Shown piece after piece: positions 25,049-39,983 of a stretch of DNA of 64,000 bases (positions within the stretch are counted from its first letter, which is position 1; each line of letters begins with the position of its first letter). The DNA is taken from positions 41,112 to 105,111 of the forward strand of contig MCFE01000276.1 in the NCBI GenBank assembly GCA_002104905.1. The letters run 5' to 3'. The position numbers and the translations under genes were made by a program. The notes under the pieces were generated by a model. The model was not told the DNA's origin. It saw only the letters and a program-made list of their open reading frames with translations, and made no database searches. The DNA comes from Basidiobolus meristosporus CBS 931.73. Lineage: Eukaryota > Fungi > Basidiobolomycota.

Positions 25049-28000
25049 AATGCTACCGTACCAATTTACCAAATGGTATTTCCTTTTTCCACCTCCCCTT
25101 CTACAATTCACCTATTCCACTGTAGAATCACCACTCTTTATTTGCATACCCACTTATACCTTGGGTATTCCACATACAGTTTGAATCAAAGAAATTATGG
25201 CCTCCTGCTTACTAACCTCTACAAATACACACACCTACTGCAATGGACATACTTCTATCACCTTAACTTTACAGCTTTTTAGTGTGTTACTTGAATAGCT
25301 GCCATATTTCTTGTACTGCTAGTAGCATATACCTAATGGTGTTTCCTTTTTCTACCTCCCCATTTACAATTGATATATTCCACTTTAGAATTACCCCTCT
25401 TTATTTGCTAACCAACTACTAACTTTGGTATTCCACATATAGTTCAAATCAAAAAATACTATGGCTACCTGGTTACTAACCTTTACAAACATGCACATCT
25501 GCTGCAATTGACATACTTCTATTACATCAAGTTCACAGCTTTTTAGTGTGATACTTGCAAAGTTGCCATATACCTTGTACTGCTTGTAACATACACATCT
25601 TGCAAACATATGATTGGTTGTTGCCACTTCTGCCATTAACACCTCCTGAATATCTGTAAAGAACCTTTTGGTATTTAGACAATATATTTCTTCTCCCTGC
25701 TGAATTCTTGTCCCCCTTATTGGTGTGCTCTGGCTTTTGTTTGTGTGAATTCCATATTGAATGGTGTAGAAGTTGGCTTGTGACCATGAAAAATCTGGCA
25801 TACCTTGGTAGAGTTTGCCTGATAAAATTTCATTGCTTGTTGCACCCAACCCAACTTTGCTTTACTTAACTAATTACCCACACCTTGGGGCTGAATAGTG
25901 TCTACATGCCATAGGCATAGGTGTCTCCACGTGCTCATTTGTCCTTAGTAGTTTCAAACTCTTTCTGGCTGTCCTCCATGTACCACCTCATCACATCCAT
26001 GATGGACTTGAAGGTAATATTCTTGAAAAGATTGGGATATGGTAGCACCTGCAACTAGACATGTCTTCCTATCTCCCCACACATCTGCTCCATAAGAAAC
26101 TCCCAAAAGGTGAAGCAAGGCCAAATATTCTCCACACACCATGCAAGATAGTGTGGAGAATAGATACAGTAAGGGCAGAGATCCACACATTCAGCTTTAT
26201 GTTTGTAGTATAGCCACTCAAATTTTGTCACAAACTCCTCACACAACAGCTGTAGATGCATTATGGTGGCGTTGGTGATCCACTTCTGGATAAATACTGC
26301 CACAATGTCCACATATGACTCCCAATGCTTTGAATGTACTCTAGGTAGCAATGGCTTCAGAATACCACTTGATTAAATATATATCCAGTTCAACCAGTCT
26401 TTGAATTTGTAATGTTGCATATGCATATGAATATTAATTGGGGCCTGTGAGAAGTACTTGGAGTAGTAAATACTCTATAATCTCTTACCAATTTTTTGAA
26501 ATTTCTCTGGTAACTCAAAGGGCTCATCTAGCTTGAAATGCCCCTTGTACAACTTGGTCATCTGTATAGGGACATTGTTAAAAAGCAAATGCATTGCTCC
26601 CAGTGGAAAGCTTTTGCTCCAGCAGATACCCTCTATCTTAAGTATCTCTAGTTTCCAATTGATTCAATATTCTGGCCAACGGCTTATAGCTTGCCAACTT
26701 TACTGCAATTGCATGCTGACTTCTGTATGTTCTCTCTGTGGACAGATAATGCTATTAGTGCTGGTATATGGGTAATAATAATGTGTGTGAGTTATGGAGT
26801 AAATCCCCTGGATCTCACACATTCAACAGCAATACCATCCATTGTGCCCAGAAAAGCCTGTTATCTTGCTGATGGCTGGGGTATCTTCAATGCAGAGAAT
26901 AACATGCACTTTTACATGATGGCCATATACTGCTATCATGCTGGAAAGCATACAAATTAATACAGCAATTGAAATAGGTAGCTATCCAGGTTGGATGGCA
27001 ATTTGGGCCTAGATACCAGTCAGACTACCATCAGATTATTGCTCTGATACTGTAAGATGGGCATCAGACTCAGGTTGGTGAGAATTAGTGGCCAGCAAGA
27101 TTTGCTGGTAGAGTACTTGTACCATCTTTGTCAGAGCTATCACTCTGTGAGCCATATTCAGAAGGCTGAGGTCAGCCTAAAGGCATCACAAACTCACCTG
27201 ACTCAGTTTGTGCAAGGTGACAAAGATGGCCAGGTGCCAATATGGAAGTATCAGCTGGCCAGCATGATAATGTTGATGCAGTAGTACCAATCAATGGTCA
27301 AATATGACTTGGGTGGCAAAACACTGGCCATGATCCTTGCAATACTTCCTATGCTGTCTGAGTGCTTCATGGCTGAGAGGATTACCACAATAGCCACATG
27401 GTTTTTTTCTCTTCCCTTATGGCATTGATTCAAAGTAGTCTTGTCCATTGGGCAAACAGTTTGACTTTCAACAACATGACACTATTATGTCACTCTCTGG
27501 TCAATGCCTATATGAACCTCACACAGTCTTGTATTTGGGACATTGCACCAAAAATATGTAAGATTCAATGATGACCTGCCATAGTAAGCATTATAAACAA
27601 AGCTGTGGCACCACATACACATGTATATGTAACACAACTACCCCTTTGGTTTGAATCACTTCCATATGTATGCTGCCAATGAATAATGCAAAGATGACTG
27701 GTTCTCAACCAAACTCCACCACTGACAGCAACAGAAAATGGTTGGGCAACAGCTTACGTTGAAATTCAGTGCAACATGCAGGGCTACATTCACAAAAGGC
27801 CCTGTGGACAATGTGCCCATTTTAGGCAATAATGTGGACTCCTCAGGCTCTAAGTCCAGTAGGCAATTGAGATCCTCTGCACAGCTACAAGCTGACCATT
27901 ATGCTCAGGCAGATGAAAATGTAGCAAATGCAGTACCCTTGGCTGAAGATCAGCAAGTGGTCATGTTAACATCACCACCACCCATATTAGCCAGTATGTT

Positions 28001-29890
28001 GCCAGCTCATACCAAAGCATTGATGAGGCAATTAGGTGCAGTGGCTGATTGCATAGACATAACGGCTCATAGAGATCAGGAAATAGTTCAGAAACAGGAT
28101 GAGTGGATAATACATGTAGTGCATTTGATATCTCAGGTAAAAAAAGCAGTATCTTTGCTGCAAAGAAGAAACTCAAGTAGCTCAATGTCACAGCCAAACA
28201 CTGAGCCGTTTTCCGATGTAACAGCAGAGGAACATGGCACAGTCTTTGAAGCACAACAACAGTGGCCAGAGATAAAGCCCACAGAAAAACCTATCATAGT
28301 ATGGGAAGGAGACATTGTGCTGCCTATATCAAAGCCTAAAAATCAAACAACATTGAAGATCTGTGAAGCCATTGAGTGCAATAATGAGGAGTGGGCTAAC
28401 ATACAAGAGGCCATTAGAAGTCTAACACAACATCACCTTAAGGCTGGCATACCATGGGACCATCAAGTACTCAAGGCCAAGCAGAATGCACTTGACTAGT
28501 TTTATGGGCATTATCCTGGACTCAAATGGGCAAAGAGATTTTGGGCTAGCATTGGTATGTTAAGAATGTATCTTAAGAATAGCAGAAACTATTATAGGCA
28601 GAAGAACAAGGGTACCATGGCTAAAAACCTATGGCTTCTTCAAGAGCCCATTACAAGCAGGGCCAAAAGCCTCAAACAAGTGTCAAAGAGACGTCAGGTA
28701 TCTAGTAGAGTGCCAATTAGGGACAAGCAGGCAGACACAGATGCACCAATACAATATTTATCAATAAAAAAGTGTAGTACCACTCAAGAAGCACCTAGTC
28801 AAAGTAGCAGTGAAGGACCTAGCAGTGATAAAAACCAGCTGCTTTTACAGAAGCCCATCACAACTATGGTTGAGAGCTCAAAACAAGTGGAAAAGAAACA
28901 TTAGGTTGCCATAATAGTGCCAGCAAGGGACAAGAAGGCCAAATAGATGAGTCAGAGCAGAATTTATCCAGGAGAAAATGTAGTTCATTACATGAAGCAC
29001 TCAGACAAAGTTGCAGTGAAAGACCTGGCAGTGATAAAGGAAAAGGTAAAGGGAAAAATGTATACCCCAGCCTGAGACAGGGAGGCATGCCAAAAGCTGC
29101 TGTTCTTGCCAATTAATACCGCAAGCCAGGAACAGACTGAATCCCATCATAACCAAGAAGAAATGCCAACAAGGAAACAGCTGTTTTCACAAGAGTTGAT
29201 AGTGCAGCCAGGTGAGCTTCACTCCAGCATGGGAGATGAGTTTGCTGAAAAAGGCAATTTGTCTACAACAGCCTCCACATCCTCCATTGTTGTCAGAGTA
29301 GAGATCCCACTGACAGACAAGGCTACAACATTGAGAGCTTGAAAGACTATCACAATTCCTTCAGTGGAGTTTTGGAACATCAATAGGCACACTAAGAGGT
29401 TGCAGCACTTCTTAAAGAGCAGTGCTCAAGAAAGTGCTCTGAAATATTGCAAGGATTCACTGCAAAGACTGTGAGATGAGGTGCTAGACCTTGCAGTGCC
29501 ATCTGAAGACTAGGACATGTGGGGACCAGTGAGCAAACAGTAGCACAAAGCTATTCGGTTCCTGCCAAAGTTGTGCAACCAGAGCATTACAGCAGAAATA
29601 CCAAATGAGTAGTGGATTTTAATGGAGATACTAGTTGAGTTTAGGGTTGGGCTTATTGTTAGTGTAGGGTATAGGGACTTGTATATAGGTCAATACAATT
29701 GGCAATTAAGGTACAACTGAATTTCAACGGAAATAAATCAATTTGTACACACGAAAAGTAAGAGAAACGGTTAAAACAGGAAGTAAGGAGTGTGAAAAAG
29801 AGGCAATAGCTAATCAATGCACAAACACATAGGAGATGTTGGAGCGTCCAGGATCAGAAAGTTAGCAAATTTGCAGGGAACCAATCAAAA
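25049..29890 (-). mobile_element. CACTA copy lacking both termini (transposase on -, accessory ORF on +); end approx
   Basis: Transposase fragments about 25391-27450; accessory ORF 27738-29479. Confidence 0.8.
27738..29479 (+). pseudogene. CACTA accessory protein, best-preserved copy (253-aa open stretch; about 580 aa reconstructed)
   Basis: Conserved in at least five copies; WANIQEAIRSL...PWDHQ...YPG...WASIGMLR.YLKNSRNY block, basic internal repeat, helical C-terminus. Confidence 0.78.
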
Positions 29891-31015
29891 GTTATCTTGG
29901 AAAAATGGTAGTTATATTTGTGCTTGTCTGGCAAACAGCTCATGTAATCAGTTTGGTGGAATTTGCTCTGAGCATGGTGGAGAATATATCTCAAGACCCT
30001 TCATCCACTTCTGAAAAATTCATGGAATGAAGTAAGCAACTACTGTACCTTACCTCCTGCAGCAAAATGAAGTTGCAGAATGCATAACAGATCAATGATT
30101 GATATGGCACAATTTATGATCCATAATCAAAACTCTTCCAATGATTTTTGAGCAGAATCAGTTGCTACAGCTGTATACCTTAAAAGCAGGAGCCATATCA
30201 GAGTACTCTGTAAATCCATTCCTTCTGGATCATGCCATGGATAGAATCAAGGGCAGAACACCTAGCAATACTTGGTTGTACTGCAAATACCAAGAAACAG
30301 CCCAGAAATCAGTTAATATTTCAGCCAAAAAGCTGAAAATGCATATTCTTGAGCTACTGCAATGTGGGTAAGACTTATAAGCTCAACATTATTAAAGGAA
30401 GTAAGCTATCTCAGGTCAGATATTTGCTGTATAATGATAAATCAGAATTTTCACAAAAAATGACATCGTATGATGACAAAAATCAGACCCCAAGTCCACC
30501 AATAATCATGATTGAATCAGAGAAAAGTGATGAGAGCATTTTCACTGCAGAGGACCCTGAAGCATGGTTCAGTCTGAATTAGGGTTCAGGAACATTCCAG
30601 AAGTGATTGCTGCTGTTTCACAAACCTGGGGATCCAACCAGGCCAGAAATAGCCCAAATTACTATATCAATGAGGGAACTAACTTAGCCAATGCCTGTTC
30701 ACTCTATATTAATGAGCCCTAGAATGTGGAATAGGCCCTAAATAGCCCTTAGATATAGTTTTGGAGAACTGTAATGATTGAAGATTATGAGACCATGATG
30801 GAAAATAAAGCTTAGGACAAAGTCAAATGACCAATTAACCAAATATCAGTTAGATGCAGATGAATCTTTAAGACAAGATATGAGGCTGCCAGAGCAATTG
30901 AAAGGTACAAAGCAAGGCTTGTGGCCAAAGGGTACTCTCAGACAAAAGGACTTGAATACACTGAGGCCTTTGCACTGGTAGCCATATTTATATCATTGCA
31001 TCAACATTGGCTATG
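29890..31015 (+). pseudogene. Heavily decayed Copia integrase-end/RT-start fragment; start approx
   Basis: ICSEHGGEYISRPFIHF and RYKARLVAKGYSQTKGL motifs. Confidence 0.75.
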
Positions 31016-34000
31016 TTCTAATAAAGATAATTTAGTTGAGTAGGTTAATCCAACATGAATAAGCCATCAGCATCCCATCAGGATCTCATTGGAAGACCAT
31101 TCTAATACTAGCAATTTGGAATTAATGACCCTCCACATAATCTTAAGACAGGATCACAGTAGCATTTGACTAATTTTACCCCAATAAGGTTAAAAAATAT
31201 AATTGTGCATGGGTGGTGTTTTGCAAAGGGTTGCCTGGGATTGTTGCAGTAGTGATGTGCTCTACAACTCTTGGAGTAGATCTAACTAGCCAGTACATCC
31301 AATTGCCTTAAATGGCAAAATATTCAGCAGTGTCTTGATGGCCTCATTGCAAGCCTCTGGTGGCATTATCATGGCAGTATGATGACACTTCAACTTTTCA
31401 GCCTTTTAGTGTGATACTTGCAGGGTAACCATATACCTTTTATTGCTGGCAAGATATACATCTTGAAAACATATGTTTGGCTGCTGCCATTTCTGCCACA
31501 AATACCTTCTGAACATCTGCAAAGAACATTGCACACCTGCCATAATTGAAATACATCTATCACCTCAAATTTTTTGCTTTTTAGTGAAATACTTGCAAAA
31601 TTGCCATATACCTTGTACTGCTGGTAACATAAGCATCTTGAAACATATGCTTGTTTGTTGCCACTTCTGCCATGTATTATTCCTGAATATCCGCAAAGAA
31701 ATTCTCAGTATTTAGCTAATATACTCCATCTGCCTGCTCAATTCTAGTCCCCCTTATGGGTATGCTCTGGCTTTTGTTTCTGTGAATTCTGTTTGGAATG
31801 GTGTAGAAGTTGGCTTGTGACCATGAGAAATCTGGCATATCTTGGTAAAGTTTTGTTGATAAAATTTAGTTGCTTGTTGCACCCAACCCAACTTTGCATT
31901 ACTTAACTGATTACCCATGCATTGGGGCTGCTTAGCATCTTGATGCCATAGACATAGGTGTCTCCATGTGCACATTTGTCCCCAGTATTTTCCAGCTCTT
32001 TCTGGCTGTCCTCTATGTATCAACTTGTCACATCCATGACGGACTTGATGGTAATATTCTTGATGAGATTGGGATATGGTAGTACCTGCAACTTGACTTG
32101 TTGTCCTATTTCCCCACACATCTGCTCCATAGGAAGCTCCCAAAAGGTGAAGCAAGGCCCAATATTCTCTGCACACTGTGCAAAATTGAGTAGAGAATGG
32201 ATACAGTAGCAGCAAAGGTCTGCACATACAGCTTTATGTTTGTAGTATAGCCGCTCAAATCTGGCTCAAACTCCTCACACCACAGCTGTAGATGCATCAA
32301 GTTGGCATTGACAATCCTCTTCTGGATAAATATTCCTACAAAGTACACATATGACTCCCAATGCTTGCAATGTACTCTTGGTAGGATTGGCTTTAGAACA
32401 CCACTTGAATAAGTACATATCCAGTTCATCCAGTCTTTGCATTTGTATTGTCACATATGCATATGAATACTAATTGGAGCCCTTGAGAAGTACATAGGGA
32501 AGCGGATACTCTGTAATATCTTACCAATTCTTTCAAATTTCTCCGGTGTCTCAAAAGGCTCATTTAGCTTGGAATGCCTCATGCTCAACTTGGTCACCAG
32601 TATGGGGATATTGTTGAAAAACAAATGCATTGCTCCCAGTGGAAAGCTTTTGCTTTAACAGTTACACTCTATCTTAAGTATCTCTGGCTCCCAATTGATT
32701 CCATGCTGGAATTAGGACAGTCTCTGGATCATATGTTGCCAGCTGTATGACAGTTGTTGACTTGTACTATGAACATAGTAAGTTGCATCCTGGTATGATT
32801 TTGGCAAGAAGTAGTAATAAATCCTCAAAGCCCCAATTACAGATATTAGTGGAAACGCCCCACTTCTCTAACCACAATATTACATCATTCACCAGTAGAT
32901 GGATTACTGGACTCCCTTGGCTCCACAAAGTAGCCTTGGCATTTGTTCCAGGGGTGTTGTCTCATTGCATATGGGAATTTGACCATGCTCAAACATGGTA
33001 CTGTTGTTAGCGGAGATAAGCTCAAAACCATCAGTGAACCTTCTTTGTCAAACTATTACTCTGCATGCCATGTTCAGAAGGCTGAGATGAGCCTAAAGGC
33101 GTCACAAGCTCACCTGACTCAGTTTGCACTGGGTGAGCAAGAAGATCAGGTGCCAATATATATGTATTAACTGGCCAGCCAGATAATATTAGTACAGTAG
33201 TGACCAATAAAGGTCAAATATTACCTGGGTGGCAAAACACTGGCTATGATCCCGGTAATACTTCCAATGCTGTCTGTGTGCTTCATGGCTAAGAGGCTTG
33301 TCACAATAGCTACCTGGTCTTTTTCCTCTTCACTTGCTGCATTGCATCAAAGTAGTCTTGTTTACAGGGCAAACATTTTGACCTGCAACAACGTAACGCT
33401 ATTATATCACTCTTTGGTCAGTACTCTTGGGAACTTAAGACAGTCTTGTATTTGAAACATTTTACCTATATGAATGGAAGATTCACTGATTACCTGCCAA
33501 AGTAAGAATTATAAATAAAGTTGTGGCAACACATACACACATAAATGTAACGCTATTTCCCCTTTGGTTTGACTCACTTCAAAATATGTGCCACCAAACA
33601 ATAAAGTAAATGTGTCTGATTCTCAACCAAACCCTACTGCTGACAGCAACAGAAAAACAGTTGCATAACAGCTTGCTCTGACATTCTGTGCAACAAACAG
33701 GGCTATGTCCAAAAAAGGCCCTGTGGACAATGTGCCCATTGAAGGTAATAATATGGACTCCTCAGGCTCTCAGTCAAGCATTAATGAGGCAATTAGATGC
33801 AGTGGCTGGTAGGACAGATGCAATGGCCCAGAGAAATCAGGAAATAGTCCAGAAACTGGATGAGCAGATGATACATGTGGAGCAATCAATATCCCAGGTA
33901 GAGAAAGCAGTATCTCTGCTGCAAAGAAGCAACTCAAGCAGCTCAATGTCACAGCCAAGAATTGAGCCATTTCCCAATGTAACAGCAGAGTAACATTGTA

Positions 34001-35802
34001 TAGTTGTTGAAACACAACAACGGTGCCCAAAGATAAAGCCTACAAAAAAACCTATCACAGTGCAGGAGGGAGATAATATGGTGTTTATACCAAAGCCTAA
34101 AAATTGAAAGACACTGAAGATCTGTGAAGCTGTTGGATGAAATAATGAGCAGTGGACTAATATACAAGAGGCCATTAGAAGTCTAGCATGCCATCACCTT
34201 AAGGCTGGCATATCATGGGACTATCAGGAACTCAAGGCCAAGCAGAATGCCCTTAACTTGCTCCATGAGCATTTTCCAGGATTCCAGTGGGTAAACAGAT
34301 TTAGGGCCAGCATTGGTATGCTAAGAAGGTATCTTAAGAATAGCAGAAACTATCAAAGGCAGAAGAACAAGGGTACCATGGCTAAGAACCAGCAGCTTCT
34401 TCAATAGCCTGTAATAAGCAGGGCCAAAAGCTCCAGACAAGCATCAAGTAGATGTTGGGTAGCTGGAAGAGTGCCAATTAGGGACCAGCAGGGAGACATG
34501 GATACAACAACACAACATTTATCAGGGAAAAAGCATAGTACAACTTAAGAAGCACCTAGTCAAAGTAGCAGCAATGGATCTGGCAGGAGCCCATTGCAAC
34601 TACAGTTAATAGCTCAAAAAAAGGTGAAAAGAAACGTCAGGTTGCCAGAAGAGTGCCAGCAAGGGACAGGCAAGCCAAAACAGATACATCAGAGGAGAAT
34701 TTACCCAGGAGAAAACATAGTTCTTTACAAGAAGCACTCAGACAAAGTAGCAGTGAAAGACCCGGCAGTGATAATGGAAAAGGTAAAGGAGAAAATGCAT
34801 ACCAAAGTGTGAGACAGGGAGGCACACAAAAAAACTGCAGTTCTTTGCAGTTAACACTGCAATCCAGGAACAGACTAAATCCCATCATAGCCAAGAAGAA
34901 TTACCAACAAGAAAACAGCTGTTTTCACAAGAGTTGGAAGTGCAGCCAGTTGAGCTACACTCCAGCAAGGTAGATGAGCTTGCTGAAAAAGGCAACTTGT
35001 CTACCACAGCCTCCACAGCCTTAATTGTTGGTAGAATGAAGATCCCACTGAAAAACCAGGCTACAACATTGAGAGCTTGAAAGACTATCACAATGCCTTC
35101 AGTGAAGTTTTGGAACATTAACAGGCACACCAAGAGCTTGCAGCACCTCTTCAAGAGCAGTGCTCAAGAAAATGCACCGGGAAGTTGCAAGAATTTATTG
35201 CAACGACTGGCAAATGAAGTGCTAGACCTTGCAGTGCCAGCTGAAGACCAGGACATGTGGGAACCAGTGAATGAACAGTGGCATAAACTTGTTGGGTTCC
35301 CACCACAGTAGTGGAACCAGAGGGTTAAAGCAGAAATACTTATTGTGTGGTGGATTTTAATGGAGCTACCTGTTGAGTGTGGGGTTGGGCTTAATGTTAG
35401 TGTAGGGTATAGAGACGTGTATAGGTCAATACAATTGGCAATTAAGGTACCACTGAAGTTTCAACAGAAATGAATCCATATGTATGCATCAAAAGTAAGT
35501 GTAACGACTGAGTCAGGAAGTAAGGAGTGTTAAAAGAGGCAACAGCCAATCAATGCACACAAATGTAGGAGGCAATAGAGTGTCTGGGATCAGAAAGTGG
35601 GCAAATAGGCAGGGAATCAATCAAAAGCCACTTATTCATTGTTGTGTTGAAAAATTTTGACTATGTTTTTTGGGAAATTTGGGGCGCAATTATTTTCAAT
35701 GGTCTCTGGACAGTATCCAGATGAGATCAGTACCTCTTAGTCACAGGACTTTAACTCTGTGATGGCCTTTTGATGGGATCATCTCAATAATTTTTCAAAG
35801 GG
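31016..35802 (-). mobile_element. CACTA copy with internal deletion, both termini recognisable
   Basis: AATAATTTTTCAAAGGG at 35786-35802; degraded TTCTAATAAAGATAATTT at 31016; no matching TSD. Confidence 0.72.
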
Positions 35803-38800
35803 CTTGAAATGCCCCATGCACAACTTGGTTGTCAAAATAGGGATATGGTTGAAAAGCAAAGCATTGCCTCCAGAGGAAAGCTTTTGCTTAAATGAACACC
35901 CTCTATCTTGAGTATCTCTAGTTTTCAATTAATTCTATATTCTTGCTGATGGCTTATATCTTGCCAACTATCCTGCAATTACATGCTGACTTCTGTACGT
36001 TCTCTCTGTGGAATTTTTGTTCTGCTTGAAAGCATACAAAGTTCATTCAGCAATGGATACAGGGAGCTATCCTGGTTGGAGAGTAATTTAGACCCTGATA
36101 CCAGTGATACTACCATCCAATTTTGGCTCTGTTACTATAAGATAGATGGCAGTTTGAAGTTGATGAAAATCAGTGGCCAGCTAGATGCGGCTGAAGGGTA
36201 CTTATGTAATGAGAATCCTTCAAGTGCCAAGGCAAAGGCATGGTCAAACACACCTTCAAAGTAGCCGTTGCTTCTTAGCTGTTTATTGTGTGTACCATCA
36301 ACTATATGGATAGGTTTAAGCTTGATTGATACTGAGTGCAGTATAGTATAGCATTGGAATATTTGTTGGACTGCATAGGCTTCTTTAGACAGGGTATCAC
36401 TGAAGTATACCCACAGTGTGAATAATGTTTTCACCCAGTGGTGGTAGATTCCAGACAAGTTGGACACCTTGCAATGGTGGCATTCCTCATGTGAATGCCA
36501 TGCAACTGTTGCCACATGATGGTATTAGGATGCTCTCTGGGTCATATTTTGCCAGCTGCATGATAGTTGTCCATCTCTACCACATACATTGGAAGTTTCA
36601 TCCTGGGATGATTTTGACAAAAAGTTCTAGTTAATCCTCAAAGCCCTCATTACTATTACTAGAGGAATTGCACTACTTCTCTAGCCACAACTTCACATCA
36701 TTCACCAGTAAATGGATTACTAGGCTCACTTGACTCTATAAAGTATCCTTGGCTCTTTTTCCACAAATGTTATCCCATTGCATATTGAGATATTGGTTCC
36801 CTGCCAACTTGTTCACTTTCTAATTGAAGACATTCATTTACCTCCAATGTTTGGGCAAATTGACTGGCTATTGCCTCCTTTTGACAATCCTTTCTTACTG
36901 ACTCAATTGTTTCTCTTACTTTTCATGTGTACAAATAGATTTATTTCTGTTGAAACTTCAGTTGAACCTCAATTGCCAATTGTATTGACCTATACTAGTC
37001 CCTATAACCTACACTAACATTAAGCTCAACCCCACACTCATCATGTAGCTCCATTAAGATCCACCATTCAATAATTGTTTCTGCTGTAATGCTCTGTTTC
37101 CATTACTTTGACAGGAACCCTGCAGCTTTATGCCACTGTTCATTCACCAGTTCCCATACCTCCTGGTCTTCAGCCAGCACTGCAAGGTCTGGCACCTCAT
37201 TTACCAGTCTTTGCAATACATCCTTACAATATTCTTGTACCTATTCTTGAGTACTGCTTGTGAATTAGTGCTGCAACCTCTTGGTGTGTGTATTAATGTT
37301 CCAAAATTCCTCTGATGGCATTGTAATAGTCTTTCAAGCTCTCAATGTTGTAGCCTTGTCTGCCAGTGGGATCTCCACTTTGTCAACAATGAAGGACATG
37401 GAGGCTGTTATAGACAAATTGCCTTTTTCTGCAAGCTTGTCTTCCTTGCTGGAGTGTAGCTAAAATGGCTGCACTTCCAACTCTTGTGAAAACAGCTGCT
37501 TTCTTGTTGGTATTTCTTCTTGGCTATGATGGGATTCAGTCTGTTCTGGGCTTATGGCATTAATTGGCAAGAACTTGTGGCATTAATTGAATTGAACTGC
37601 AGTTTTTTTGATTTGCCTTCTTGTCTCAGGCTTGGGTATACACTTTTCCCTTTACCTTTTCCTTTATCACTGCCAGGTCTTTCCTGCTACTTTGTCCAAG
37701 TACTTCTTGTAATGAACTATGTTATCTCCTTTATAAATTCTGCTCTGATGCATCTGTTTTGGCCTGCTGTCCCTTGCTGGCACTCTTTTAGCAACTTGGC
37801 ATTTCTTTACCACTTGTTTTAAGCTCTGAGCCGTAGTTGTGACAGGCTCCTGTGAGAGCTGCAGGTTATTATAACCATCAGATCCTTCACTGCTACTTTG
37901 ACTGAGTGCTTTTTGAGTGGTAATACGCTTTTTCCCTAATATATGTTGTGCTGGTGCATACATGTCTGCCTGCTTGTCCTTAATTGGTACTCTTCCAGCT
38001 ACGTGACATCTCTTTGACACTTGTTTGGAACTTTTGGCCCTGCTTGTACTGGGCTCTTGAGGAAGCCACTGGTGTTTAGCCATGGCACCCTTGTTCTACT
38101 GCCTTTGATTATTTCTGCTATTCTTAAGATACTTTCTTAGCACACTAATGCTGGCCCACAATTTGTTTGCCTGTTTGAATCCAGCATAATGCTCATGGGA
38201 CAAGTCAAGGGCATTCTGCTTGTCCTTGAGTTCCTGATGGCTCCATGGTATGCTGGCCTTAAGGTGATGGCATGCTAGACTTCTTGCAACCTCTTGAATA
38301 TTAGCCCACTCTTTATGATTGTACTCAACAGCTTCATGAATCTTCAACATCTTTGGGCTTTTACACTTTGATATAAACACCATATTGTCTCCCTCCCATG
38401 CTGTGATAGGTTTTTCTGTGGGCTTTATCTTTGGGCACTGTTGTTGTGTTTCAACAACTGTATGGTGTTTCTCCACTGCTACATTGGGAAATGACTTAAT
38501 TCTTGGCTGTGTCATCAAGCTACTTGAGTTCCTTGTTTGCAGCTAAGATACTGCTTTCTCTACCTTGGATATTGATTACTCCAGATGTATTATTCACTCA
38601 TCCTGTTTCTAGACTATTTCCTGATTTCTATAAGCCATTGCATCTGTCCTACCAGCCACTGCACCTAATTGCTTCAATAATGCTTTGGTATAAGTCAACA
38701 GCATACTTGCTAATATGGGTGGTGGTGATGTTATGACAGCCTCTAGCTGCTCTTCAACTGAAGTTTCTGCATCTGCTACACTTTTATCTGCCTGAGCATA

Positions 38801-39520
38801 ATGGTCAGCTTGTGGCTCTGCAGAAGTTCTCTATTGCTTACCTGACTAAGCACCTAAGGAGTCCACATTTTTACCTTCAGTGGGCATACTGTCATCATGG
38901 TCTTTTTTGGATGTAACCTTGCTTGTTGCACTGAATATCAATGCAAGCTGTTGTCTGGCTCTTCTTCTGCTGCCATGAGCAGTGGGGTTTGACTGGGAAT
39001 CACACAACTTTACTTTGTTTTTTGGCAGCATATATATGGAGGTGAGAGAAACCAAAGGGGCAGTAGTGCTACAAATATGTGGGTATGTGGTGCCACAACT
39101 TTATTTATCATGCATACCATGACAGGTTATCATTGAATCCTACATTCATGTGCGTGCAATATCTCAAATGCATGACTGTCTTAAAATTACATGAGTATTT
39201 GCCAAAAAGTGATATAATGATGTCATACTGTAGAAGGACAAACTGTTTTCCCCATAAACAAGACTACTTTGATTCTATGCCATAAGAGAAGAGACAAAAG
39301 ACCATGTGGCTATTGTAGCAAGCCTCTTAGTCGTGAAGCATGCACATAGAGTAGGAAGTACTACAAGGATCACAGCCAGTCTTTTGCCACACAAGTCATA
39401 TTTGACCATTCATCAGTCACTACTGTACCAACACTATCTTGCCAGCCAGTTGATACTTCTTTATTGGCACCTGGCCATCTTTGTAACCATGTGCAAACTG
39501 AGTCAGGTGAGTTTGTGATG

Positions 39521-39983
39521 CCTTTTGGCTTAGCCCAGCCTTCTGAATATGACAGGCAGAGTAATAGCTCTGAAGAAGCTGGCTCACTGATGGATTGTGA
39601 GACTATTTCCCCTAACAACAGACCCTATGAAAAATAATTTGGTCCTGCAGGTAAATTAATCCAGATCAGCTGTCAGGATCCCATTTGGATACTGATATAA
39701 TAACAGCAGCTTGGAATTAGTCACTCTCCTGACAGTATTATGACCGGATCACAACGGTGTTTAGCTAATTTTACTGCCAAATAAAGTTAAAAAACTTGAT
39801 GGGGTTTGATTGGTGCTGTAGCATTAATTGCATGGCATTATCACAGTCTTAATGCACTCTACAAATATTCTAAATAGATCTGACTGGGCAGTACATCATT
39901 TGCCTCTTATGTCAAAAAACTTGACAGTGTTATGATGGCTTCATTGCAAGTCACTGATGGCATTTTCATGGCAGTAAAGTGAC
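39521..39983 (-). repeat. 463-bp inverted duplicate of 43965-44427
   Basis: Base-by-base comparison: one mismatch (39936 vs 44012, a CpG transition). Confidence 0.95.

Noticed and set aside
29106-29342. Short ORFs such as MPINTASQEQ...KATTLRA, and most 60-100-aa ORFs in the track
   Set aside because: Off-frame or antisense shadows of TE genes, recurring only because the elements recur.
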